Positions 39,101-51,333 of a stretch of 64,000 bases of DNA are shown piece after piece (the first letter of the stretch is position 1; each line of letters starts with the position of its first letter). The translations under genes and the position numbers were made by a program. Below the pieces are notes generated by a model. That model searched no databases. It was not told the origin of the DNA and worked only from the letters and a program-made list of their open reading frames with translations. The stretch comes from Macrostomum lignano. Lineage: Eukaryota. The stretch is taken from assembly GCA_002269645.1 (NCBI GenBank), contig NIVC01002553.1:1-64000 (forward strand), in the 5' to 3' direction.

Positions 39101-42100
39101 ACACAAACATTACAACTTACAATATATTGTGATTAGGATTTAAGACTGGCACACCTGGCGCACTTGTGCATTTTGCCTGGCATACCTGGCTTCTGGTGCA
39201 CACAGCATGATCCTGACTATGGGTGTAATAAACTTTGCCAACCCACTGGCTTAGTGAGCTGGCTAGCTTGGTGCACCCATCCCACCTTAGCTAGACAGAG
39301 ATTGGGGGGTTTCAAGTATGGCTATATTGGTGCTTGCCAGTTGCATATAGGCCTATTCTGGCAAATTTCTTGAAATAATTCAACAAGTGCTCTAAGAAAT
39401 CTAGGAATGGTTTTAGTGAACAAGTTTCTATAGTTCAAAAACAAGCTGCAATCAAGTTGAAAAAAGTTGCTCTCTCCTTATAATGTGCTTCTATTTATAC
39501 TAAAAAATTACATATTGCCAAATACTTATAACAAATTTTACAACTTGAAAATATTTTGCATATTGTAACAAAAGGAATATTTATTTAATGCTAATTTGAA
39601 AGCAACATTTCCTAGAAACATAATTAATAATCTAAAATGACTTTAAGTGATACTATTAATTAGGTATCATAAAATATTGTCTATAGATTCTAAAAACAAG
39701 TGGTTACATCTTTAAAATCTAAAATTCAGATTTCATGACTGAATGTCCACTTCTTGTGGAATTTCCCATATGTTTAATTATTATAATGTTAAATTGCTAT
39801 TTGGCATTCACTATACATGACTATCAACAATCAAATGGTTTGTAATTTCAATTGGCACCTCCTAGACCTAGTTATTTTTGCATCACAGTTTTAGGCATAT
39901 AATGCCAAATGACATGACGATTTCGACAAAAAAGTCCAATTGATGGAGCGACAGAAAAATATAATTAAATGTTTTTTGCACCCTCCCAATTTGCTTTGCC
40001 ACTCAAGCCACTGCGAGTTCTTGTCACCGGTGCCGCCGGCCAGATTGCCTACTCCCTGCTGTTCCCCATCGCCAATGGCGACGTGTTCGGCAAGGAGCAG
40101 CCTATTGTCCTGGTCATGCTCGACATCCCCCAGATGGTTGGCATCCTTGAGGGCGTCTGCATGGAGCTGCAGGATTGCGCTCTGCCTCTCCTCAAGGAGG
40201 TGATCGCCACCGACAAGGAGGAAGTGGCCTTCAAGGATCTGGATTACGCCCTGCTGGTTGGCGCCATGCCCCGCCGCGAGGGCATGGAGCGCAAAGATCT
40301 GCTCAAGGCCAACGTCAAGATCTTTCAATCGCAGGGTCGTGCGCTGGACCAGTATGCTAAGAAGACCTGCAAGGTGAGCGGGATTCTTTTACCCTAGCAA
40401 CTAATTTTTACTATGCCATTTTCTGCACTGTGAACTATCCAGGTTGTGAAGAGAAACCCTACAGTGGAATTTCGTTTCTTAGAAAACACCCCATCTCCAT
40501 AGTGTATTTTTCGCGCACACCCAAGCGTCCGAAGGTTTTCTAAGAAACAAGATTACGGATCTGTCTACGTAAGTAATTTTCGATTAAATCACGGCTAATT
40601 AAATTACTTGGGAACAAAATATAGAGCCCATATAACGCCGCAGACTATAATTTAGCGCCACAGGCTAGATTTTAGCGCCACAGGCTAGATTTTAGCGCCG
40701 CAGACTATAATTTAGCGCCACAGGCTAGATTTTAGCGCCACAGACTAGATTTTAGCGCCACACGCTAGATTTTAGCGCCACAGGCTTGATTTTAGCGCCA
40801 CACGCTAGATTTTAGCGTACATGCTAGATTTTAGCGCTACAGGCTAGATTTTAGCGCCACAGGCTAGATTTTAGCGCTACAGTCTAGATTTTAGCGTCAC
40901 AGACTAGACAAGCGCCACAGGCTAGATTTTTAGCGCCAATTTAGCGCCACAGAAAGATTGAAAATTTTAATGGTCAGATCTCTTTTGGAGGGGTCATGAC
41001 CCTCTCCGGGCTACGCCAATGTATGTTACCATTCCAAAATCTCGCAGGTGGTGGTTGTTGGCAACCCGGCCAACACCAACGCCCTGATCTGCAGCAAATT
41101 CGCGCCCAGCATCCCGGCTAAGAATTTCTCGGCCCTGACTAGGCTGGATCAGAACCGCGCCCGCGCCCAGATCGCCGCCTATTTGGGCCTGCCCTGCAAC
41201 AGCGTCAGCCGCACTGTCATCTGGGGCAACCATTCCAACACGCAGTTCCCCGACGCTAGCAACGGCGTTGTTCGCGGCCTCGACGGCGTCGAGAAGTCTG
41301 TCTATGACGCTGTGGCTAATGAGGAATGGCTGAAGGGCAAGTTTCTAACTACCGTGCAGCAGCGCGGCGCCGCCGTTATCAAGGTAAATCTATTATTTTA
41401 TTGCATAGCAACTGCCTGTGTTGGGCGTATACTAAATACTATACCTCAACTACATACATAGACTCCGTTACTCAATAGCGTGTCTATATAATACTTTCAG
41501 TAGCTCTCTAAAGTTTCAGAAGCTAGCTGTCATTGCTAAGTCGAAAAGAAACGTGCATAGAGTAGATAAAAACGGAGCATCTCAATTCATGCGAGTTTTT
41601 TCGTAGTTTAGCATCAAACTGTGAATAGTTGATCGACTTTTCAGAGATTCAGTTTGCAAAATTTATAGGTTACGCTAAGACCATGTACCCTGTTTTATCT
41701 TTAAGACTAGTTTACAGAAAACTCTAGTAATATTCAGCTTTTAGTTTCCCCTAAGAAATTAGGCTGACGTTATCTTTTTTCTTGTCTGCTTTGTTTCTCT
41801 TAAGATAACTGTTTTAGTGGTAACACCGCTTCTTCGGTTTAATCTTTGATAGTGTATGTGTGTGTGTGTGCATTGCATGTTTCAGTATGATTTCGCATGT
41901 CCTAGCTCTGACGGTCAACTTTTAAACTCTTAAATAAGCCTTGAAAAGACCGATTGTTGTAGCTTTCCAGCCAAGAGGGAAGCCTTTTGTCTATACGAAG
42001 GCTTTGACTGTACAATACATTGTTACTTATGTTGCATATGATTGATCAGCTGGTTGCTCACCATACTACTCTGGGAAAGGCTCTGGAAGAACACAAGCTT

Positions 42101-42667
42101 GTCTCGCGCTCAGTAACTAAGGCGTTTTTGTTTAGGCTGTGTGCGCCCTGGCGGCATTACTGCCCATTCCGCCGACTCCCCTGAACAGGCACACACGTAT
42201 GCAGTCATACGCATAGCCTCAGGAGTGTACAGCTGCTTCCTAACTTTATTTATCGGAAAATTTATTTGGCTGCACTGGGAATCGAGCCTTGACCGCTGGC
42301 ACATCAGAGCGCCGCGCCAGACTACTGGGCTACGGCCCCCTAATTAATAAATTACTATATTGTTATTTCTCAGGCCCGCAAGCTCAGCAGTGCCATGTCG
42401 GCCGCCAAAGCTATCTGCGACCACGCCCGCGACTGGCATTTCGGCACGCCGGCCGGCGACTTCGTTAGCATGGCCGTCATCTCCGACGGAAACGGCTACG
42501 GTGTGCAGAATAACCTGATGTACAGCTTCCCGCTGACTATTAGCAACGGCGAGTGGCGCATCGTTGAGGGCTTGAATCTCAACGACTGGGCTAAGGAGAA
42601 GCTGAAGGCTACGGAGGCTGAGCTGATCGAGGAGCGTGACACCGCGCTCAGCGTGTGTGAGGCTTGA
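36133..42667 (+). CDS. MDH1: Cytosolic malate dehydrogenase, 334 aa
   Basis: Exons: 36133-36141 (ATGGCTCAG|gtatgt), 40008-40373, 41048-41383, 42374-42667; all phase 0, summing to 334 codons plus stop. Motifs: [75 protein letters not shown] at 42796. Confidence 0.96.
36200..36460. repeat. Short degenerate inverted-repeat element in MDH1 intron 1
   Basis: gccttttcatattgc...ccagaaccagaa near 36200-36240 is mirrored by ttctggttctgg...gtaatatgaaaaggc near 36428-36458. Confidence 0.55.
36950..37885 (+). repeat. GA-rich element with conserved flanks, copy A
   Basis: Left motif gtggagctagaaatatacaatttcttcttaggactgcaaatt and right motif aggccagagtttgcctatac...agacagacattgcctg enclose a purine-rich tract. 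Both motifs recur around the tract at ~51145-52515. Confidence 0.65.
38647..38782 (+). other. 53-bp-stem hairpin (MITE-like or structured intronic RNA)
   Basis: Arms 38647-38699 and 38730-38782 differ at 5 of 53 positions. The loop contains the palindrome agtcacgtgact. Confidence 0.8.
40636..40955. repeat. 20-bp minisatellite (ctagattttagcgccacagg) in MDH1 intron 2
   Basis: Read directly, ~15 units. Confidence 0.92.
42134..42339 (-). mobile_element. tRNA-derived SINE-like repeat, family 1, copy in MDH1 intron 3
   Basis: The minus strand begins ...GTAGCCCAGTAG (A-box-like)...GGCTCGATTCC (B-box-like). The head and parts of the body are shared with 58808-59052. Confidence 0.65.
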
Positions 42668-44050
42668 ACTATCTTCTAGCTGTTGTTGGCTGAATTTCAA
42701 CTAGGATTGAGACTAAGACAATGCCCCTCCCCTAGTAAACTGTTCTGTCGTGTGTCCTTAGTTGTCTCCCCTCTAGGTACATGCATTATACTCGTAATAA
42801 ATAGGAAATTGGTGTTCCGAAATTCTCTTAAGTGTATTTCAATTTGGCTGCAACTGAAGCTCTCTTTGTCGCGTCGGTCGGAACAGCCGGTTCCTCCCAT
42901 TGCCCAGCGGCAGTAGTGGGTTAGCTTTTAATTAGCTCTTGGTTGTCGCGATTGTTCAGATTGCTTCAACACAGTTTAAATTTAACTTGGTAGTGTGGCA
43001 TCGTTTAGTTTAGACTGACTGCACATGTATTGATTATATTTAACTCCCCAGAATTGCCTAGTAGATAGACTGTGTTTCCATCCTTTGTTACTCGCTTAAT
43101 AACAGTTGAAGCAAATCGTTATCTGAAGATCTGCTTCTATCCACCACAATAATATAATATTCTTTTTCAATAGTTAATGCACTATAATGCTATTATTTCT
43201 TAATTCAAGAATAACCCCGTGACACTGGTAGTTTCCCTAATGTGTTTTTAGTTTCTACCAGTTTAATAGCCTATGAAATTAGCACTATAGAATCTTTGTT
43301 CTGCAACTCCAAGTCCCAGACTAAAATTGTGCATCTAATGAGCTATTGCTATAGGAAAAATAAATCTTGAAAGTTAGAAAAAACGTAGTGTTTCGTTCGA
43401 GTCTTATTAGTTGCCCCTAAATGTGATTAATAACCGTTCATTGTTACAATTTTCTTTTCCGCGTGCGGAATAAAAACATGCTGATGCTGAGCGCATTCGT
43501 CCTTCGCATCGCGTAAGTCCGGATCACATCTAGATGCTACAATACTAAGTAATCAAGTATCGCGACTTATTGCACCTGCAGTTTAATATAATGGTCCTAA
43601 AGTTATTGGGGTGATATAGCCTGTTATATCATCTATCGTTAGTCACATAGCCAGCCAGACGGTTGATTCTTGATAGGGCCAGCCCAGGGCGCCAGCATCA
43701 AAGAGCGTTACAGCTGCTCATTGATCATTAAGATCTATGATTTCTTTTAAAAGCAGTATTGTTTGAACAATTGCAACTACTCTTTCGTTTGAATACATCG
43801 TTACTTGCATTAAGAAAATCTAGAACCGGAACTGAATTCGTTACACACTTGCTTGTACGTGTGGTCAATAAAATATTAAACCCGAAAATACAAAGCAATG
43901 CCGTTTAATTAATCAGAAATATGTTTATAATTTGTTTAATATTATAATTTTATTATAACCGTTTTTGTTTTTAAAAGGCCGTAACGAGTTTTTAAATAAC
44001 GTTAAGTCTTAAATTTCAAGTCGCGCGGCGGTGAGGTCCCACAAACGCAT

Positions 44051-45165
44051 ACGTATCTGTTTCCCCATAGATATTCGTATTGATATTCAATTTCTAACAA
44101 ATGCAACAAAATAAACCTACTTGTACAGCTCGGATTTGCTTGAAAATTTACAGAAAAATTATTACACACAAAACAAACACCTCTGTGAAACTTCAAGTCC
44201 ATCAGACCACGCAAAGCGGAATGGCAAGGGTTTTAAAGGTGCTCGTATTTATAATGCATTGTATATGCGCACAGTGTATAACATGTATGCTCATTTGCAA
44301 CACTTGTACAGCTCGGATTTGCATGAAAATTTACAGAAAAATTATTACACACAAAACAAACACCTCTGTGAAACTTCAAGTCCATCAGACCACGCAAAGC
44401 GGAATGGCAAGAGTTTTAAAGGTGCTCGTATTTATAATGCATTGTATATGCGCACAGTGTATAACATGTATGCTCATTTGCAACACTTGTACAGCTCGGA
44501 TTTGCATGAAAATTTACAGAAAAATTATTACACACAAAACAAACATCTTTGTGAAACTTCAAGTCCATCAGACCACGCAAAGCGGAATGGCAAGAGTTTT
44601 AAAGGTGCTCGTATTTATAATGCATTGTATATGCGCACAGTGTATAACATGTATGCCCATTTGCAACACTTGTACAGCTCGGATTTGCTTGAAAATTTAC
44701 AGAAAAATTATTACACACAAAACAAACATCTTTGTGAAACTTCAAGTCCATCAGACCACGCAAAGCGGAATGGCAAGAGTTTTAAAGGTGCTCGTATTTA
44801 TAATGCATTGTATATGCGCACAGTGTATAACATGTATGCCCATTTGCAACACTTGTACAGCTCGGATTTGCATGAAAATTTACAGAAAAATTATTACACA
44901 CAAAACAAACACCTCTGTGAAACTTCAAGTCCATCAGACCACGCAAAGCGGAATGGCAAGAGTTTTAAAGGTGCTCGTATTTATAATGCATTGTATATGC
45001 GCACAGTGTATAACATGTATGCCCATTTGCAACACTTGTACAGCTCGGATTTGCTTGAAAATTTACAGAAAAATTATTGCACACAAAACAAACACCTCTG
45101 TGAAACTTCAAGTCCATCAGACCACGCAAAGCGGAATGGCAAGAGTTTTTTTAAGGTGCTCGTAT
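44051..45165 (+). repeat. Left TIR: 70-bp unique tip plus ~5.7 tandem 183-bp units
   Basis: Units start at 44121, 44304, 44487, 44670, 44853 and 45036. Confidence 0.95.
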
Positions 45166-46844
45166 ATCGTATATTTATATGATGCACATATAGCTTGCTA
45201 GCTCGTAAGCGCGATGCAACGCGAAGTGCAATACCTGCATATAGGCCCGTATATTATACATGTTACATGTACCCAGCTCATGCATGCGTGACTGCGAATT
45301 ATGTCGGCACTGTTTTGGTGAGTATTCCACTCACGTTGCAAATGTAAAATTCAATTAGCAGAATGTAATTTTCATTGCTATTAATGCAAATAGCTATTGT
45401 CCACAAACATTTCTGTTGTTAACCCTATACCAATTCAGTCTCTGATCGTAGCTGCGTAATAAGTCATAAGTCTGAATTACTAACGCGAGCCAAATATTGC
45501 ATGTACATGTATAAGCCAGCCCTGTGAAGCGCAGGTGCCAATTGTAGACTCCTCTTGGCTTGGCACGCAAGCCTAGCACAAAAATAACGCAACATTTGGC
45601 CTAATTTCTACACCACTCTATGCAACCGTTGGGATATGCAGCTTGGGTTAAAAATACAAACTTGTTTCGAAATTTTCAAAGTGACAGTCGCTGAGAACTT
45701 TTGATGTATTTAGTATTACATGTTACGTACATGTGCATATATGTATATGCACGCGTGGTACTTCTAATAACATCAATAAAGCGTGGACAGTTTTGATGAA
45801 ATGCATGTAACCAATAAAAAGGTTATAACAGGAATTTAAATTACAACAAAGATGAATACTTAAATAGATTTACATACAAAATGTACTGAACAGTTCGGCT
45901 CATAATCGCTCTATACCAACCATTAGATCGAGCATGTGTTCCCTAATAATATTACTCTTAGTAGTCATCACGCTGTTGTCAAGCTCTCGATTAAATCGGA
46001 GCCACAAAGATCCACTGTGGCGAGAGGTCCTACTTTTAGTGTAGAAGAGGCCCGATTGAAAACCCTGAGAAGTCCCATGAAAGTTGCAAACTGAACTATT
46101 TAAATGAGCGCTGCTCCACTCTCTGAAAGAATATCGAACACCTGCATGGGCCGCGGTTAGAGCCCCCTGTTTTGTTCGAGTGGGAATGGTTGTTCGCCTG
46201 TTCATGTCCATGTCGGTCGATCCCCAATTCGAGTGGTCCTTAGCATAAATTGATTATATTGCATTCCATGGCTCGTAATCGAACATCTGCATAGGGGGAT
46301 GAAAAAAGCGGGCGAACAAACAAAAACAACGGGATGGGAGGGCGGCCATACATATTTTTCTAGTCAGAAAATTAGCAGCAAAAAGCAGCAGCCTCACGAC
46401 CCTTCTGTACATGGAAGATTGGCCGTCGCGACTGCCACAGGTGCACTCAGAACCAGATCTAGAGAACCTCTTGCTCCAAAAATAAGGAACTGGAGAGATC
46501 CATTTACGAGTAATGGCGACATTCACGTACATGTACAGTTGTGTAAAAATCAAGTAACTAATGCGAAAACATGTCTTTGCACGTTGCGCAACAAAAACCT
46601 GGATCGGTCGACCCTTCGACGCATTCTGTGTGATACCAACGAAGACAGGAGGGACATTCAATCTAGAAATGAAGGGGTGAGCGAAAATTAACCGCATTAT
46701 GCTGTAAGCACAACTCGACTGCATATTCGATCGACTGCATCTTAAGCTGGAGTTCAATCTGTATGACTGCTTTAAGCAATCTGCTTGGCAAAAGTGAAAT
46801 TCGTAGTTAAAAAAATAAAAAAAGGAAAATTACTCGTATTTTAC

Positions 46845-47854
46845 CCAATTTATGCGACGACTAACGCCCGAAGCGTCAGGTTCTGTGTTGCTACAGGCTG
46901 AGCACTCTTCCTGCGTTCCTCCATAGCTGTAGGCCTGGATCACATTCCAGATATACTGTCTGTATCTTCCGAGAGCCGTCGGATTGTTCTTGAACCGGAG
47001 ACCAGAACCAAGAGCTAATGCCCTAGCGTACAGGCATACAAACACTCCGCAACTATGACCATCAGATTGCATTGTTCTCGACATTGTGGCCAGCTCATAT
47101 GGCTTCGATGTGCTGCTGGTGAATACCGGAGCGCTTTGGTCAACAAATGCCATTATTCCATCGGAAGCCAATATGCGGCTAGAAAGTTAACAGAAATTTT
47201 ACAGATTTGCCACATCAGTACTTAAGTTCACTTTTATTTATTCTCTGGACATGTACACAAACTATTGTACTCACTTCCATTTGCGAATTAGAACATGAAA
47301 CTCTTGCTTCTCTTGCGCATTACGCCGAATCGAATCCAGCACAAAGACCTTTCGTTCAACGCCGCAAATAACGATCAAGTAAAAATGCCCGCTGTTTAAA
47401 ATAGGCACGATTATTTGATTCAGGCCCTGCAACATCAAGAGAGCAAATAATTTTATACCTCAAATTGGTGCATGCGTAAGATTTTCATTGAGAATTCACT
47501 ACAAGTGTACAAATTTATTTTGCATCAAAAACGACATTATTGTTTCATTAACAGAACTTGCCTTCCATCCGAGAGTTCTTCTCAGCAAGTTCTGGACTCC
47601 ATCGTTGAACTCATCTCCTGATAGATTCAATATGTAGTAAAAGTCGCCCTCACTTATTACAATCCTTTGGGCGTTGTTCGATGTGATAGCAGTGCAATAG
47701 GCCAATAAAATCTATCGCGAGTAATGCAAGAGGGACAGGAAAAGATAATGGTGAAAATAGGTCATAAGTCAACTGAATTTTCTATTGTAAGTATTTACGT
47801 ATACTTACTTAAGTATTTATTGTAAGTAAGTAAGTATTTATGAAAATACTTACC
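46845..47854 (-). CDS. Spliced C-terminal exons of the transposase gene: Ulp1/peptidase C48-like domain
   Basis: Donor after 47854 (ACG|gtaagt), then exons 47711-47511, 47426-47275 and 47178-~46845, joined by GT-AG introns with matching phases (0, 0, 2). Motifs: IIVPILNSGHFYLIVI, VFVLDSI, QSDGHSCGVFVCLYA. The last exon is not resolved. Confidence 0.85.
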
Positions 47855-50455
47855 GTGTAGTCTAACAGGTTGCTTCCCAACAAACTTTGACGATGCTCTT
47901 GCGTTACGGGAATATCCGTTCCAGAGCCAGGAAGGGTGAAGAGAATCTGGCTATTATCGCTTTGCACCGTTCTTCCTTTCTGCCGCGTGCTCCTCTTGCT
48001 TTGCCACCTGCTTCTACTGTTATCTGCGGTTCCATTTTGACTGGAATTTTTATTGGGTCTGTTCCTACCAGCTGTGCATCCCGGAAGTTTTGATTTTGGG
48101 TTGCTCTGTTGGGACTGACTGCTACTCTTTTCCGTTTCGTCAGGATCGGCGACATTAGCAAAATACTGATTGCTACTAGTATCTGAGTATCTTGAACGCT
48201 TGCTATTTCTCGACCTTTTTGCCAACCTTCAGTTGCAGCTTCTTCTGAGATTGATGACTTCCTTTTTCTGCAAAAACTTGGAGCAGGTACTTTGCTCGAG
48301 ATGGTGCACTCTGAAACTCTACGAAGTACAAAGGGTACATAATTCTCTACGAAGGTACTCAGCCTGGACTTGGTGTTAAATCGACTTTTCACAGAAGAAA
48401 ACCAACTCTCCACATGAGCATTTGAGTAAAAAGACTTTGAATTTTTAGCAATCAAATGATTCCATGTAAATATAGCCCATAGAGGGAGGATGGACAGGTA
48501 TCTAAGCAAGAAAAAGTTTATCAATCGAGGGTTGTAGAATTCATTATCTGTCAGATGCGAATGACCGGTTTTATGCGCGAGAGTATTTTGAATTGTGGTA
48601 AATTCCTTTTTAAAGTATTCGTAGTATGGAGAATTTTTCAGTATCGCGTCACCTTCCGCGTTCATACTTGCATGATCCTTGTCTTGAAGTATAAATGAGT
48701 CTTTGTTGATTGATTCGGAATACTCTGGAACATGGCCATCTCTCAGAAAATTTGCTACCCTAGTTCTAGCAGCAACGGTTTGCTCGGCATACGGAGATCC
48801 AAATATAATAAGCGTGTCCATGATGAAGTTGACGGATAGTTTTTGCGTACTGGAATACTGAATTAAAGAAAATAACTTCAAAAATAGCTGACGGCTTCGC
48901 TGGTTCAAGGAGTGTTTTTTGCAGTGGTCCGAAATTGACTTTATAATATGATTGCTACACAGAAAAACGCCATATTGAATCTCGCTAGGGGTGTCCGTAA
49001 TAAAGTAATTGTAATGCATTTGGATGTACGTTGTCACGTCCGTGTGGTGGAAGTCTAAGCATGAATGAATTTGCGCCCATGAAAAGTCGGAAATAAAAAG
49101 AATATTTAGGTCAACAGAAAAAGGTGAGTTTACACAGTGCAGAATTCTATGGCGGAGGAGTTTTAGAAAGTGAGAAATGGATGCAACGTTATGGGAGTCT
49201 GTAATCATATTCCCAACTGGCGACGATGGAACAGAATCAGTAGCAGTTGTGATGACAGAATAGAGTAGAACAGGATGAGGTGAACAGTTTTTTTCTATTA
49301 ACGAGCCAGTAGCGTCGATATGCAGCACTGTTGGAGTACGAGCTGACATAATTGCTCTAAGAAGCTGTATTTCAAGGTTGGACAATAATACAACACGTAG
49401 TGGATCTAAACTACGCTCCATTATGACTCCAGGAAAATCGGATGCGGATATCGAAGTTTAAAAATGTCTTGTAGACCTCCAAGCTCAACAAAAAGAACAG
49501 AGTGTAACCTCTCGTCTTTCTCCATTTTACTTTTTAAATTATACATCACAGTTTTGGTTTTGCACGCATCAAAGTTGCACGACAGAATGAATGGTAAATT
49601 TTCGATCGCAAGAAAGCGTCTTCTGAATGCTTCAACGGCACCGGCCTCTTTTATATCGTCGTAAATTTCACGTTTTTCTGATTCGGTCGTTCTACGAAAA
49701 CAACTAGCCGTAGCATCTTGATGGTTTAACCTTCCCGTGATAATAACCTCCCAAGACCATGTTGTTCCGTCAACACGTGGTGGTCTTCTCATTATTAAAG
49801 CGTAATTTCTTCTGCATCCTTCAATTTTGCATTCCGCTCTAATTGTCCAAAAATTCTGCTTACTTTTTCTTGAATTCTGCTTTCGAATGTGATTATAGCC
49901 CGTCATCCTCAAACAGCACGTAGCGACTTGTCGCATAGCACGGCAAACTGCTTCATTAAGAAAACTTTTTGAAAACGTATACTTTGGTCCAGATTGACTA
50001 TCTTCCACCGATAGGTTAATTTTGCAGATATCACTCTCCGATAGTTCGATCCGATTCTCCCCAGTTTCATCAGAACTTTCCTCAACTTCTGGTGGTTGTT
50101 CGTTTGACGTCGATTGTGATGAGCTTGTAGCATTCAAATCTACTTGTACACGCGTTGTTCTCTCTTCTCTATTCTCTGCGTTGCAAAAATCTTCGCTTTT
50201 CTGTCCATCGTCGTTTTCTACTATAGGGTCGCTGGGTTCATAAATCGTTTTATCAGCCTGACGTCTCCCGTTTAACGTTGAATGTTTTTGGCCAGCTGTA
50301 TTATATGCACGTCTATTTTTCGATCTCTGAGCTTTCTTTCCTTGGACTTTTCCAGTCGGTTTATTTTTCTTGCTCTTCTGGCTACATGCACTGTTGGAAC
50401 GTCCTGCAGCATCAGTCGTCTCAGTTGACTGGGGTACATGTAGCGACCTATTCAT
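47854..50455 (-). CDS. MULE-type DDE transposase (N-terminal zinc-finger region plus catalytic core), broken into three frames
   Basis: ORF 49421-50521 has ECKIEGC...GRLNH (WRKY/GCM-like fold, inferred). ORF 47904-49421 has LHIDATG (D1), FISDFSWAQ (D2), CSNH (CxxH) and SNAHVESWFSSVK (E). Frame breaks lie near 49440 and 48215. First in-frame ATG at 50455. Confidence 0.85.
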
Positions 50456-51144
50456 TAGACCCCAAAGATATACCCGCGATCGCAGTCGGTTTCGAATTTT
50501 GAGTGCCCGACATAAGAACACATAAAGTGGTGTAGAGTGACGAAAGCCAGTTGGAGGAGGATAAATTCTACTGGCTTCTACCAGGACAGATTGAGCCTAA
50601 AATAGGAATAACCCATTTAAAATTACGGATAAAGATCCAGTTTCGACATTGCATGCATTCAGAAAGTTATGAAACTGCAAATACCTGCTCTTTTGATGGC
50701 AGTCCAAAACAGAAAGTTACTAGAATTGTGGTCAGTACTACGAAGAAAAATACGAGTCCACGAGTCCACATATTTGAAAAATTCAATGGTCAGTTAAGTT
50801 ATTGCTTATATAGAATCTAGTATTCGTTCAAGAGAAAATGAGAAAATTTACTTAGAATTGAAATTAAAGAAGCAACTAGTAAGTGGGACGCAGGGACCAA
50901 GCGTGCAGGTCTACATTTATCAGAGATTAAACTAAAAGAGAGGGGTGGGGAGTGTGCTGATAGAAAAATAGGGGTGGGTGCGCGACTAAAGAAAGAGACG
51001 ATAATAAATAGCCAATCAGAATGCAGCAAGGGAGAGAGATAGCTGGACAGAGAGGCAAAAAACAGTAAACAGGACGAGTGCACATGAACTGAAGATAGAT
51101 ATAAGAAAGTAGCTACGCAATATAGGTTGTTAGACTGCTGGAGT

Positions 51145-51270
51145 GCAGTGGAGCTGGAGATACACAAATTCCTCTCAGGGCTGCAAATTGGAGGAGAAAG
51201 AAGAGAGATGAAATGAGGAGAAGAGAGAGTAGAAAGTAGAGATGAGAGAGATGAGATGAGACAGAGAGAG

Positions 51271-51333
<63 letters not shown>

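Noticed and set aside
42665-42680. Stop-codon readthrough giving a peroxisomal MDH1 isoform, as in vertebrates
   Set aside because: The context is TGA ACT, not TGA CTA. Readthrough would add only X-T-I-F before a TAG, with no PTS1.
39891-42700. Minus-strand ORFs overlapping MDH1 exons (and similar ones opposite the GPCR, TRAPPC1 and ATAD3)
   Set aside because: These are antisense shadows of GC3-rich coding sequence.
49455-49464. TTTAAAC slippery heptamer just before the transposase ORF1/ORF2 junction
   Set aside because: It is out of phase. ORF1 reads TTT AAA C rather than T TTA AAC, and a -1 slip there puts TAA in the A site.
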